Below, in pieces: positions 39,005 to 49,301 of a stretch of 64,000 nt of DNA; positions within the stretch are counted from its first letter, which is position 1, and every line of letters starts with the position of its first letter. The DNA comes from Terriglobus sp. (GTDB lineage: Bacteria; Acidobacteriota; Terriglobia; Terriglobales; Acidobacteriaceae). The stretch spans positions 1,732,082 through 1,796,081 of the forward strand of contig OZ255704.1 of the NCBI GenBank assembly GCA_965276945.1, in the 5' to 3' direction. The notes beneath the pieces are model-generated. The model saw only the letters and a program-made list of their open reading frames with translations. It did not search any database and was not told where the DNA came from. Both the position numbers and the translations under genes were made by a program.

Positions 39005-41836
39005 ATGTCTACCTCAAAGCCGCCCGTCTACCTGCTCGACACCATGGCGTTTGTCTTCCGCGCCTACCACGCCATGCAGCGCTCGCGGCCCATGTCCACG
39101 CGCACCGGCATTCCCACAGCCGCGACGTATGTCTTCATCAACATGATCAACAAACTACGGGAGGACTTCGCTCCGCAGTACATCGCGGCCATCTACGAGG
39201 GCGGCGCGCCCGTCCACCGCAATGAAGCTGCCGCCGCCATGAAGACGGTCCGCAAGTTCAACATCAAAACGCAGCAGTTCGACGAGATCGACTACGGCGG
39301 CTACAAAGCCACGCGCGCCGAAACGCCAGACGACCTCACCCAACAGCAGCCCTACATTCGCCGCGCGCTCGAGGCCTTCGGCATCCCCATACTCTCGCAC
39401 GCTGGCTTCGAGGCCGACGACGTCATCGGCACACTCTCCTGCCGCCTCGCCGAGCAGGGCCATCACGTCTACATCGTCTCCTCTGACAAGGACATGATGC
39501 AGCTCGTAAACCAGCACGTCTCCATCCTGAACCCCACCAAAGACAATCTCATCCTCGACCCCGCCAAGGTCGAAGAGGTTCTCGGCGTTCCACCAGCGCG
39601 CGTCATTGACGTCATGGCCCTGCGCGGCGACAGCATCGACAACATTCCGGGTGCCCCCGGCATCGGCGATAAGGGTTCCGTCGAACTCATCCAGCAGTTC
39701 GGCACCGTCGAAGCCGCGCTGGAGCGCGCGGGCGAAGTAAAGCGCAAAACCTATCGCGAAAGTCTGGAGAACAACCGTGACGCCGTCCTCATGTCCAAGG
39801 ATCTCGTCACCATCCACTGCAATCTGCCGGTCGACTACTCGCTCGAAGCCATGAGCACCGCCGGTGAGCGCAACCTGCCCGCCCTCCGCGCCCTCTACAC
39901 CGAACTCGAATTCACAACACTGCTAAAAGACCTGCCCGCGCCCGACGCAGCCAAGATCGAATACCTCCTGCAACCCACGGCAGCCGACATCAACGAACTC
40001 CTCGCCGCAGCCCGCGCCAGCGACTTCGGCCTCACCCTCTTCCTGCCTGAAGACGCCCGCGCCCTCGCCGAGGAGACCGCCGCAGAGGGTGACACCGAAA
40101 CAGAAAGCACCGAAGAACTCGAACCCATCGCAACCAACTTCAATTTATTTGGCACACCGGAGCAGGAACCGAAAAAGGCGGGTGCGGGGGCCCCAGGTAT
40201 CGCAGATACCTGGGATCCAAACTCACGCGGACCATTGAAGCTAGGTCTAGCAGCAACCCCCTCCAAAGCTCTCCTGCTCGACCTCTACAGCACGGAGTCC
40301 GAACCCATCCGCCAAGCTCTAGCGGACCAAACCATGCCCAAGGCCGTCCACGACCTCAAAGCCGTCCTCCGCACTCTCCAAGCCGCACACCTGTCCATCG
40401 CCAACGTCCGTGACGACGTCATGCTCTATAGCTACCTGGTCAATCCCACCCACGGCAGCCACACCCTCCCTGACGTCGCCGCCCGGTTCAACGACCGCGC
40501 CCTCACCACCGTCGAAAAGAAGCAAGCCGCACCCGAGTTCGCACTCCCTGAAGCAGCCAGCGCCGTCCTGCAACTCAACACCACACTCCGCACACAAGTT
40601 TTCGAAGCCGAACTAAACAAAACCTACCAGGATATAGACCTGCCGCTCGTCCCAGTACTCCTGCGCATGGAACAGGCAGGCTGCCGCATTGACACCGACT
40701 TACTCCGCCAGCAGAACAGCCGGCTCGCCATCATGATGGACAACCTGGCAGAGCGTATCTACGAGCTAAGTGGCCACCGCTTTAACATCAACTCCCCCAA
40801 ACAACTCGGCGACATCCTCTTCAATAAAATGAATTTGCCCAAACCCCTGAAGTACGGCAAGGGGAAAGTAGTTTCCACCGCACAGGATGTCCTGGAAGAA
40901 TTAGGTGAGAAATTCGAAGTCGCACGGCTGGTCCTCGAACACCGTCAGTTAGCCAAGTTACGTAGCAATTACACCGAGCAACTGCCCAACATGGTCGACG
41001 CGGACTCCCGCGTGCACACAACCTTCAACCAGGTCGGCACGTCTACGGGCCGATTGTCCTCGACTAATCCCAACCTGCAAAATATCCCCATCCGCACCGA
41101 ACTCGGCCGCGAAATCCGCGCCGCCTTCATCGCCGCGCCAGGCAACGTCATCCTCTCCGCCGACTACTCGCAGATCGAACTCCGCCTCATGGCGCACTTC
41201 TCGCAGGACCCGCTGCTGCTCCACGCCTACCGCAATAACATCGACATCCACACGCTCACGGCGGCGGAGGTCTTTGGCGTCGACCCGCTCACCATGAGCA
41301 AAGAAATTCGCAACCGCGCAAAAGCCGTCAACTTCGGCATCGTCTACGGCATTTCGCCCTTCGGCCTGGCAGCTAACCTCGGCATCGACCAGAAGGAGGC
41401 GCGCACCTACATTGAAACCTACTTCGAGCGCTACAAGGGCGTGCAGCAATTCATCGCAGACACGCTGGCCCGCACGCGCGAAACCGGCAAGGTGAGCACG
41501 CTCTTTGGCCGCACCCGCCCCATCCCCGACATCGGTTCGCGCAACCCCAACGCCCGCGGCTTTGCCGAGCGCACCGCCGTCAACACGCCCCTGCAAGGCA
41601 CCGCTGCCGACATGATCAAGGTCGCCATGCTGCGCATCGACACCGCCCTGCGCACCCGCAATCTCCAAACCCGCATGACACTCCAGGTCCACGACGAACT
41701 CTTGTTCGACGCACCCGCCGCCGAAGCCGAAGAAGTCTCCACCCTCGTCAAGCAGGAGATGGAAGGCGTCATCCAACTCACCATCCCCATCGTCGCCGAC
41801 GTAGGCCAGGGCCCCAACTGGCGCGACACCAAGTGA
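39005..41836 (+). CDS. polA: DNA polymerase I
   Basis: 943 aa with a 5'-3' exonuclease N-terminus, RNRAKAVNFGIVYGISPFGL (motif B) and TLQVHDELLFDAP (motif C). Confidence 0.97.
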   Translation: MSTSKPPVYLLDTMAFVFRAYHAMQRSRPMSTRTGIPTAATYVFINMINKLREDFAPQYIAAIYEGGAPVHRNEAAAAMKTVRKFNIKTQQFDEIDYGGYKATRAETPDDLTQQQPYIRRALEAFGIPILSHAGFEADDVIGTLSCRLAEQGHHVYIVSSDKDMMQLVNQHVSILNPTKDNLILDPAKVEEVLGVPPARVIDVMALRGDSIDNIPGAPGIGDKGSVELIQQFGTVEAALERAGEVKRKTYRESLENNRDAVLMSKDLVTIHCNLPVDYSLEAMSTAGERNLPALRALYTELEFTTLLKDLPAPDAAKIEYLLQPTAADINELLAAARASDFGLTLFLPEDARALAEETAAEGDTETESTEELEPIATNFNLFGTPEQEPKKAGAGAPGIADTWDPNSRGPLKLGLAATPSKALLLDLYSTESEPIRQALADQTMPKAVHDLKAVLRTLQAAHLSIANVRDDVMLYSYLVNPTHGSHTLPDVAARFNDRALTTVEKKQAAPEFALPEAASAVLQLNTTLRTQVFEAELNKTYQDIDLPLVPVLLRMEQAGCRIDTDLLRQQNSRLAIMMDNLAERIYELSGHRFNINSPKQLGDILFNKMNLPKPLKYGKGKVVSTAQDVLEELGEKFEVARLVLEHRQLAKLRSNYTEQLPNMVDADSRVHTTFNQVGTSTGRLSSTNPNLQNIPIRTELGREIRAAFIAAPGNVILSADYSQIELRLMAHFSQDPLLLHAYRNNIDIHTLTAAEVFGVDPLTMSKEIRNRAKAVNFGIVYGISPFGLAANLGIDQKEARTYIETYFERYKGVQQFIADTLARTRETGKVSTLFGRTRPIPDIGSRNPNARGFAERTAVNTPLQGTAADMIKVAMLRIDTALRTRNLQTRMTLQVHDELLFDAPAAEAEEVSTLVKQEMEGVIQLTIPIVADVGQGPNWRDTK

Positions 41837-42276
41837 GATCTCATCGTATTGTTCTGGACACCTCTGTTCTCGTCTCTGCTTTCCGTAGCGCTCACGGAGC
41901 GAGCAGGATGCTGGTGACAAGTGCGCTGGAAGGCTGGTTCGATCTGCTTGCAACACCTGCTCTCGCTTTTGAGTACGAAGCGGTTCTTTTCCGCTCAACG
42001 CATCTTGCAGACGCGGCAAGTAGAGAAGCTGCGGAAGCCCTGCTCGATGCTGTTCTCAATCGGCTGACGCATGTTGTCATTGGCTACCGGTATCGCCCAC
42101 AGTTGGTGGATCCTGGCGATGAGCACGTCCTTGAGGCTGCCATTAACGGCGGTGCAGAGGCGATTATCACCTTCAACACGCGTCACTTCCTACCTGCTGC
42201 GACAAGATTTAGCATTCAGGTGCTTACGCCCGGCGCTATGATGAAACTGGGAGGAACTTTATGGCCAATGTCGTAA
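41833..42276 (+). CDS. PIN-domain toxin (PIN_3 / COG1569-like)
   Basis: 147 aa with RIVLDTSVLVSAF (first acidic residue), FEYE and DPGDEHVLEAAINGGAEAIITFNTRHF. The GTG start overlaps the polA stop (GTGA, 41833-41836). Confidence 0.75.
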   Translation: MRSHRIVLDTSVLVSAFRSAHGASRMLVTSALEGWFDLLATPALAFEYEAVLFRSTHLADAASREAAEALLDAVLNRLTHVVIGYRYRPQLVDPGDEHVLEAAINGGAEAIITFNTRHFLPAATRFSIQVLTPGAMMKLGGTLWPMS

Positions 42277-42518
42277 GCCCACTCAAGATTCCGGCACCCA
42301 TTCTCTACGCTGCCGAGCGAGAAGCACCTCTGGAAGGAATAACGGTCGAGGAGTGGATCGATCGCAACTTCATCTACGACCCAAATGCCGAAGCAAAATC
42401 AGAGGCCTTCTGGCTAGAACGCCTTGCACGGACCAGACATATCTCCACAAGCAGCCTGAAACTCATACTCGACCGCGTCCCTAACGCACTGCCCATGCCC
42501 GGCGACAAGCTGGAATAG
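42261..42518 (+). CDS. Small RHH-like putative antitoxin, paralog A
   Basis: 85 aa. GGGAGGA lies 5 nt before ATG 42261. Overlaps the PIN 3' end by 16 nt. Pattern: LKIPAPILYAAEREAPLEGITVEEWI ... ILDRVPNALPMPGDKLE. Confidence 0.5.
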   Translation: MANVVSPLKIPAPILYAAEREAPLEGITVEEWIDRNFIYDPNAEAKSEAFWLERLARTRHISTSSLKLILDRVPNALPMPGDKLE

Positions 42519-42541
42519 TGCGCTCGTTCAGAGATGCCGAT

Positions 42542-42790
42542 ATGAACTCATCCGCTATTACGCTGAATCGGCCCGCAACCCTCCTCGCCTTCGTTAACGA
42601 GGAAGCGAAAAAGTTCGATCTCTCCGTGGAAGAATGGTTGCTGCACGAGCTAGAAGTGCAACGCAAGCTGCAACAAAATACGAACGAGTTCTTCGCGGCG
42701 CGGGTCAAGCGCGCGGATCATGAAGCGTGGCAGGCGATCATGGCACAGGTGCCGAACGTGCCACCCAGGCCCGGCGATGAATTGCGATGA
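42542..42790 (+). CDS. Small RHH-like putative antitoxin, paralog B
   Basis: 82 aa from ATG 42542 (the track uses the GTG at 42518). Pattern: ITLNRPATLLAFVNEEAKKFDLSVEEWL ... IMAQVPNVPPRPGDELR. It is colinear with paralog A. Confidence 0.5.
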   Translation: MNSSAITLNRPATLLAFVNEEAKKFDLSVEEWLLHELEVQRKLQQNTNEFFAARVKRADHEAWQAIMAQVPNVPPRPGDELR

Positions 42791-43159
42791 CTGCCGAGCA
42801 GTCAAAGAGGTGGCGTTAACATTACGGTCCGGCTGAAGTTTGACCCCAGAAGCAACACTGGCTACCCTCTAAGGGCGACAAAGGTTTGTTCGCTTCCAAC
42901 GCTTCCTCCCTGCTCGTAAACATGAAGACGCATAAGCAGTTGCTGTTTGAGTTCGATCCCTTCAACACATCTTCAAATGCAACTGTTTCGTTTGATCTTT
43001 CTGGCTTGAACGAATCGTTGCAGAAGCACAAGGAATGCTCTAGACGATGAGCACAGTTTCCGGCCAGGTCCAGTTGTCAGGGTGGCTCGCTCCACGACAA
43101 AGAATGACTCTCACCGAAGGTCCGGCGCATCTACTCTCCAATCACTGAGGAATACCCGT

Positions 43160-43705
43160 ATGCTGCGACGCACCTTTGTATCTGCCCTTGCCCTGTTTCT
43201 TGCTGTCCCCGTGCTGGCGGAGACGCCTGCCGTGGGTGCTGGCGCGCCCGGCTTTACGCTGAATACGCCGGAGGGCAAGCCCGTCACGCTGAACAGTATC
43301 ACTGGCAAGGGCACCACCGCGCTCATCTTTCTGCGCGGATATCCTGGATACCAGTGTCCGTACTGCGCCAAGCAGGTGCATGACTACATTGAGCATGCGG
43401 ACAAGCTAGCCGCCGCACACGTAACCGTGCTGTTCGTCTATCCCGGACCGCCTGCGGATCTGGACGCGCACGCTAAGGAAGCCCTGGCCAAGCAGGCCGC
43501 GCTGCCAACCAACATCGTCCTGGTTACCGACCCGGACTACGCCGCCACCAATCTGTACGGCCTGCGCTGGGATGCGCCGCATGAGACGGCGTACCCTTCC
43601 ACGTTCCTGCTGAAGCAAGGCGGGACCGTGACGTGGGAGAAGGTCTCGCATGGCCACGGCGACCGCACCACGGCAGAGGATGTGCTGAACCAGATGCATC
43701 CGTAG
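43160..43705 (+). CDS. Secreted peroxiredoxin-like thioredoxin-fold protein (AhpC/TSA-redoxin family)
   Basis: GAGG lies 9 nt before ATG 43160. Signal peptide MLRRTFVSALALFLAVPVLA, then APGFTLNTPEGKPVTLNS...ALIFLRGYPGYQCPYCAKQV (CxxC). Confidence 0.75.
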   Translation: MLRRTFVSALALFLAVPVLAETPAVGAGAPGFTLNTPEGKPVTLNSITGKGTTALIFLRGYPGYQCPYCAKQVHDYIEHADKLAAAHVTVLFVYPGPPADLDAHAKEALAKQAALPTNIVLVTDPDYAATNLYGLRWDAPHETAYPSTFLLKQGGTVTWEKVSHGHGDRTTAEDVLNQMHP

Positions 43706-43782
43706 CGTTTCGGTACAAGACGTAAGTGGGCGATTGCACAATTCCAGTCTCGTTCTCAACACTGCAATGCGACAATGTGGAG

Positions 43783-44216
43783 ATGCAACACTGTAGGCCT
43801 TTCAGGTTCCACTTCTTCTTGTTTTTCGCCAGTCTGCTGTCATCTCTGCCGCTGCTTGCGCAGAGCAAGACGCACCACTTCGTATTCGTCACCACCTCTC
43901 CAACCAGGCAGACTGGGGAACGGCGATGACGCTGGCCGACCACTTCATCGCAGGCCGTCAAGCCGGACGGCACCGACGTGGAGTGCTGGCCTACGGCGCC
44001 CTGGTATAGAGAGCCTGAAGGCCGGTGCGCCCGAAGCACCGCAGCTTGCCGCTCTGGAAAAGCAGCGCGTGCACTTCGTCGCCTGCGAGAGCGCCATGCG
44101 GGCCTTCCATATCGCACTGCAGACCTGCTGCCTGATGTCATCTCCGTCACATCCGGGTAGTCGAGCTGGTGCGCGAGCAAGAGGCAGTCTATAGCTATAT
44201 CAAAGTGGGCCGATAA
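43783..44216 (+). pseudogene. DsrE-family (COG1416-like) protein pseudogene, at least four frame changes
   Basis: The pieces lie in three frames. In order: MQHCRPFRFHFFLFFASLLSSLPLLAQSKTHHFVFVTTSP, then DWGTAMTLADHFIAGRQ...VLAYGALV*, then ESLKAGAPEAPQLAALEKQRVHFVACESAMRAFHIALQ, then DLLPDVISVTSG*, then VVELVREQEAVYSYIKVGR*. Joined, they give a signal peptide plus a DsrE-like domain of normal length. Confidence 0.65.
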
Positions 44217-44481
44217 AGTGTCTGTCGTATACGCAACATAAGTCTCAGGTATTCAATTCCAATCCGGCACAAGCTCTTGATCCGTATAACAAGAGATCTC
44301 CGGGACTCAAGAAGGCTGAAGATCAGAGTACGAATTCAGATACACTCTGGCGCATTCCGACGCACCACGGGACTTGAGTATACGCATGGAATCTGTAATC
44401 CTCAACCTTAGTCAACGCGAGTAACTTAGCTTCCAAAATAAGAGGGCTCTTGCGCACCTCCGCCGTATTTCTTGTGTTCTA

Positions 44482-46671
44482 TTGAACGGAAGCTGGAATC
44501 TGGAAGGTATCACGTTGCAGCACAGCAAACGATACAGAGTACGCCAAGGCACCCCACATCCCATGGGCGCGACCTGGGACGGTGAAGGCACAAACTTCGC
44601 CCTGTTCAGCGAAAACGCCACACGCGTTGAGCTTTGCCTTTTCGACAACTCTGGAACAGACGAGATTGCGCGCATTTCGCTGCCGGAATATACCGGCGGC
44701 GTCTGGCATGGCTACGTTGAAGGTCTCCCGCCCGGAACCGTCTACGGCTATCGTGTCTACGGCCCATACCGCCCGTCGGAAGGTCACCGGTTCAATCCAA
44801 ACAAGCTTCTGCTGGATCCATATGCGACCGCGCATCTCGGCACTCTGACGTGGGGCCCGGAGATCTATGGCTACGTCATGGAATCTGGCGATGACACCAC
44901 CTTCGACACACGTGACAGCGCTCCAAACATGCCAAAGTGCCTGGTAACCGATCCCGCGTTTACGTTTACCGACATGCCATTCCAGCCGCGCACACGCCGC
45001 GTACCGTGGGACGACACCATCCTGTATGAGTTGCACGTCAAGGGTTACACCAAGCTGCATCCAGAGGTGCCTGAGGCGCTGCGCGGCACATACGCAGGAT
45101 TGGGCGAGCCCGCGGTTGTTGATTACATCAAGTCACTTGGTGTGACATCCATTGAGTTACTGCCAATTCATACGTTTTTGGACGAGCCACACCTGCGTGA
45201 CCTGCACCTAACGAACTACTGGGGTTACAACAGCATCGGCTTCTTCACGCCCGATCCACGCTATGCTGCTGATCCGCGCAACGCGTTGCAGGAATTCAAA
45301 TCCACCGTCTCGCGTTACCACGACGCGGGCATGGAAGTGATCCTGGATGTGGTCTACAACCATACTGCTGAAGGCAACCAGTGCGGACCTACCCTTTCCT
45401 TCAAAGGTATCGACAACGCAAGCTATTACCGCCTTTGCCCGAACGACCGCCGTTATTACATCAATGACACAGGCACTGGTAATACGGTCAACACCAATCA
45501 TCCGCGTGTTTTGCAGATGGTCTGTGATAGCCTGCGCTACTGGGTAGAGCAAGCTCACGTGGATGGCTTTCGCTTCGATCTGGCATCGATCCTGGGCCGT
45601 GAACCGCAAGGTTTTAACGAAGAGAGTGCTTTCTTCAAAGTCGTCACGCAGGACCCGGTCCTGAGCCGCGTCAAGCTGATCGCAGAACCCTGGGACATCG
45701 GCCCGGGAGGATATCAGTTAGGTAATTTCCCAGCAGGATGGATGGAATGGAACGATACCTTCCGAGACCGCACACGGGGGTTCTGGACGGGCCACACGTC
45801 AGCCGCCGATTTTGCCGAAGCGCTTGCTGGTTCGCCAGCTATCTTCAACCGCGGTGGACGCCGTCCCTGGGCCTCGGTCAACTTCATCACGGCACATGAC
45901 GGCTTTACGCTATGCGATCTGGTCAGCTATAACGAAAAGCACAATCTCGCAAATGGTGAGGATAATCGCGACGGCAGTAACGATAACCGTTCCTGGAACT
46001 GCGGCGCGGAAGGCCGCACGGACGATTTCGAAGTCAAAGCGTTGCGTCAGCAACAAATACGCAATCTGCTAGCCAGCGTCCTGCTTGCGAAGGGCACACC
46101 CATGCTGGTGGCGGGTGATGAGTTCGCACGCACACAGGATGGCAACAACAACGCCTATTGCCAGGACAATGCGATCAGCTGGGTCGATTGGAGCCAACGT
46201 GACAGCAACACAGATCTGGTTCGCTTCGTTCAGCATCTCTCGGCGTTACGGCACGGGCACTCAGCCATACGTGGTGAAAGCTATCCACATATAGGCGAGG
46301 CAATAAACATGAGCAACCTGATCAGGTTTAATCCTGATGGAAAACCTCTGCAACAGGTAGAGCTTGAAGGTATGCGGTCCGGCTGCTTCGGTCTGCGATT
46401 GCAAAATCATCGAACCTGCGGGGACGCTGGAGAACACATACTGGTCATTAATCGATCTTCAGACCCGGCGGAAGTTATATTATCAGCCGAAAGCAGTAAC
46501 CAGACCTTCAATCTGCTACTCGACTCCAGTTCCGCTAACGCGCACGACGGTACATACTCAAGTCAAGAACCATACCATCTCGCTAGCGGCACCGTCGCTC
46601 TGTTTGCATGTGGCATCTCGTGTGAAGCGCCAACCAGCACACAAGACTTGGTCGAACTTATTGAGGCGTAA
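44482..46671 (+). CDS. glgX: Glycogen debranching enzyme (GH13)
   Basis: Contains MGATWDGEGTNFALFS, ILDVVYNHTAEG, VDGFRFDLASIL, LIAEPWDIGPGGYQLG and VNFITAHDGFTLCD. The start is either TTG 44482 or TTG 44515, the latter with GGAAGG 7 nt upstream. Confidence 0.92.
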   Translation: MNGSWNLEGITLQHSKRYRVRQGTPHPMGATWDGEGTNFALFSENATRVELCLFDNSGTDEIARISLPEYTGGVWHGYVEGLPPGTVYGYRVYGPYRPSEGHRFNPNKLLLDPYATAHLGTLTWGPEIYGYVMESGDDTTFDTRDSAPNMPKCLVTDPAFTFTDMPFQPRTRRVPWDDTILYELHVKGYTKLHPEVPEALRGTYAGLGEPAVVDYIKSLGVTSIELLPIHTFLDEPHLRDLHLTNYWGYNSIGFFTPDPRYAADPRNALQEFKSTVSRYHDAGMEVILDVVYNHTAEGNQCGPTLSFKGIDNASYYRLCPNDRRYYINDTGTGNTVNTNHPRVLQMVCDSLRYWVEQAHVDGFRFDLASILGREPQGFNEESAFFKVVTQDPVLSRVKLIAEPWDIGPGGYQLGNFPAGWMEWNDTFRDRTRGFWTGHTSAADFAEALAGSPAIFNRGGRRPWASVNFITAHDGFTLCDLVSYNEKHNLANGEDNRDGSNDNRSWNCGAEGRTDDFEVKALRQQQIRNLLASVLLAKGTPMLVAGDEFARTQDGNNNAYCQDNAISWVDWSQRDSNTDLVRFVQHLSALRHGHSAIRGESYPHIGEAINMSNLIRFNPDGKPLQQVELEGMRSGCFGLRLQNHRTCGDAGEHILVINRSSDPAEVILSAESSNQTFNLLLDSSSANAHDGTYSSQEPYHLASGTVALFACGISCEAPTSTQDLVELIEA

Positions 46672-46679
46672 TTAGCATT

Positions 46680-47240
46680 TTAAGAATGCATGTGATCAAG
46701 TGCAAGGTTCAGTTCCAGCACGTTGACACGCGGCTCTCCCAACAGACCTAGTTGCCGCTGCGTTACATGTCGCTGCACAAGCGATAGCACCGTCTCTTCA
46801 GAAAGATGCCGCTCCTTTGCCACGCGCGGCACCTGGTACTGCGCGGCCGCCGGGGAGATATCCGGGTCGAGACCTGAAGCGGAAGCGGTAACAAGATCGA
46901 TGGGGACAGGTTGTTTACCATTTTCCTCGGACTTAACGCTCGCCGCGACGCGGTCGATCAATGCTTTATTCGAAGGTGCGAAATTGGAGCCACTGGAGGC
47001 ACCTGCGTCATATCCGGTGCCAGCCGCTGATGGACGGCTATGGAAATATCCTGCGCCAGTAAATGACTGGCCGATAAGGCGGGAGCCCACGACACTGCCG
47101 CTCTGAACAATGAGTTGTCCATCTGCCTTGTCATGGAACAGCACACGTGCAATCCCTGTAACGGTAAGTGGATACACGATGCCTAATAGGACAGCCGTAA
47201 CCAACGTGTACAAACATGCGGTGATCAAATTTCTTTTCAT
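46680..47240 (-). CDS. kdpC: K+-transporting ATPase subunit C
   Basis: 186 aa with a single N-terminal TM (ITACLYTLVTAVLLGIVYPL). It is the last gene of the kdpFABC string. Confidence 0.93.
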   Translation of the reverse strand: MKRNLITACLYTLVTAVLLGIVYPLTVTGIARVLFHDKADGQLIVQSGSVVGSRLIGQSFTGAGYFHSRPSAAGTGYDAGASSGSNFAPSNKALIDRVAASVKSEENGKQPVPIDLVTASASGLDPDISPAAAQYQVPRVAKERHLSEETVLSLVQRHVTQRQLGLLGEPRVNVLELNLALDHMHS

Positions 47241-47248
47241 ACTATTTC

Positions 47249-49285
47249 CTATGCCAAGTGAACTGCGGTGATAAGCATGTCGATGAGCTTGATGCCGATG
47301 AAGGGCGCGACGAGACCGCCCAGGCCGTAGACCAGCAGGTTGCGTTGCAACAGAGCGCTTGCAGACAGTGGCTTATAACTCACGCCCCGCAACGCAAGCG
47401 GAATCAGCGCGATTATTATCAACGCATTGAAAATAATGGCGGACAGCACTGCGGACTGTGGATTGTGCAAGTGCATGATATTAAGCGCGTTGAGCACCGG
47501 GAACACACCGGCAAACATTGCCGGGATGATGGCAAAGTATTTCGCAACATCGTTTGCAATGGAGAAGGTGGTCAGCGCACCGCGAGTCATTAGCAACTGC
47601 TTGCCAATCGCGACGATCTCGATCAACTTAGTCGGATTGCTGTCCAGGTCAACCATGTTGCCAGCCTCTTTTGCTGCCTGTGTCCCGGAGTTCATGGCCA
47701 CGCCCACATCTGCCTGCGCCAGCGCTGGCGCGTCATTGGTTCCGTCCCCTGTCATCGCCACTAACTTACCTTCACTCTGTTCGCGCTTAATCAGGTCCAT
47801 CTTGTCTTTTGGTTTGGCTTCGGCAAGGAAGTCATCCACGCCAGCCTCACGTGCAATCGCCGCTGCCGTCAACGGGTTATCCCCGGTAATCATCACCGTG
47901 CGGATCCCCATGGCACGCAGTTGGTCAAACCGTTCCTTCATGCCGCCTTTCACAACATCCTTCAGGTGAATGACGCCAAGTGCATGGCCATTTTCAGCCA
48001 CGACCAGCGGCGTACCTCCGCTCCGCGAAACCTCCTCCACGTTGCGGCGAACCTCATCCGGCATCGGCGCACCATTTTCCTGTAGATACCGCGCCAGTGC
48101 ATCCACGGCACCCTTGCGGATAATCCGGCCATCGACCTCGATGCCGCTCATCCGCGTCGTGGCTGAGAACGGAATGAATTCGGCGTTCATCTGACCAAGT
48201 TCACGGCCACGCAGGTTGTAACGCTCCTTTGCCAGCACCACAATTGAGCGGCCCTCTGGAGTCTCATCCGCCAACGAGGAAAGCTGCGCGGCATCGGCAA
48301 GTTGATCCGGCGATACACCCGGAGCGGGTAGGAACTCTGAGGCCTGACGATTGCCGATTGTGATGGTTCCAGTCTTGTCCAGCAGCAGCGTGTTCACGTC
48401 ACCAGCCGCCTCCACCGCCCGTCCCGAAGTGGCCAAGACGTTATATTGCACCAGGCGATCCATGCCCGCGATTCCTATGGCAGATAGCAGCCCGCCGATG
48501 GTCGTGGGAATCAGGCACACTAGCAAAGAAATCAACACAAATATGGTCTGTGGCGCACCTGAATATTGTGCAAATGGCTGCAATGTTACGACAACAAGCA
48601 AGAAGATAATGGTAAGTCCAGCCAGCAGAATGTTCAATGCGATTTCGTTCGGTGTTTTCTGCCTCTCCGCACCTTCCACCAGGGCGATCATGCGGTCGAT
48701 AAATGTCTCGCCAGGGTTCGATGTTATGCGTACCGTGATTACATCACTTAGAACACGCGTGCCGCCCGTCACAGCGGAGCGGTCACCGCCCGCCTCGCGG
48801 ATTACCGGTGCCGACTCACCAGTGATGGCTGATTCGTCCACCGACGCCACACCTTCAATGACCTCCCCGTCGCCAGGAATCATTTGATTTACAGTGACCT
48901 GGACAACATCACCGGCGCGTAACGCTGAGCTTGGAATTTCTTCCACCTCACCGGCATTGGACATGCGGTATGCTGCCGTTTCGGACTTCGCCTTGCGCAG
49001 TGCATCGGCTTGGGCCTTGCCGCGGCCCTCCGCCATTGCTTCCGCAAAGTTAGCGAACAGCACGGTAAACCAGAGCCAAAGCGTGATCTGAAGATCGAAG
49101 CGGAAATCACCGCGATGTGTCAGAACATTGCTAATCAGCAGCAGTGTCGTGAGCACACTGCCGATCTCCACCACAAACATGACAGGGTTCTTCATCATGA
49201 CGCGCGGGCTTAGCTTCGCAAGCGCGTCCACGGCCGCGCGACGGACAATCGCCTGATCGAACAAGGAACGTTTCTGAGTAGCCAT
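47249..49285 (-). CDS. kdpB: K+-transporting P-type ATPase subunit B
   Basis: Start [10 protein letters not shown] (49285). Contains [14 protein letters not shown] (phospho-Asp), [15 protein letters not shown] and [23 protein letters not shown]. Confidence 0.96.
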   Translation of the reverse strand: MATQKRSLFDQAIVRRAAVDALAKLSPRVMMKNPVMFVVEIGSVLTTLLLISNVLTHRGDFRFDLQITLWLWFTVLFANFAEAMAEGRGKAQADALRKAKSETAAYRMSNAGEVEEIPSSALRAGDVVQVTVNQMIPGDGEVIEGVASVDESAITGESAPVIREAGGDRSAVTGGTRVLSDVITVRITSNPGETFIDRMIALVEGAERQKTPNEIALNILLAGLTIIFLLVVVTLQPFAQYSGAPQTIFVLISLLVCLIPTTIGGLLSAIGIAGMDRLVQYNVLATSGRAVEAAGDVNTLLLDKTGTITIGNRQASEFLPAPGVSPDQLADAAQLSSLADETPEGRSIVVLAKERYNLRGRELGQMNAEFIPFSATTRMSGIEVDGRIIRKGAVDALARYLQENGAPMPDEVRRNVEEVSRSGGTPLVVAENGHALGVIHLKDVVKGGMKERFDQLRAMGIRTVMITGDNPLTAAAIAREAGVDDFLAEAKPKDKMDLIKREQSEGKLVAMTGDGTNDAPALAQADVGVAMNSGTQAAKEAGNMVDLDSNPTKLIEIVAIGKQLLMTRGALTTFSIANDVAKYFAIIPAMFAGVFPVLNALNIMHLHNPQSAVLSAIIFNALIIIALIPLALRGVSYKPLSASALLQRNLLVYGLGGLVAPFIGIKLIDMLITAVHLA

Positions 49286-49301
49286 TATTTTTTCCTGACT
49301 G

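Noticed and set aside
40958-42019. 353-aa minus-strand ORF across the polA 3' end and the PIN gene
   Set aside because: It is antisense to polA motifs B and C and has no recognisable domain.
42822-43050. 69-aa minus-strand ORF (42822..43031) and 42-aa plus-strand ORF (42922..43050) in the AT-rich spacer
   Set aside because: Neither has an SD or a recognisable motif. They overlap each other on opposite strands and have atypical composition relative to the real genes here.
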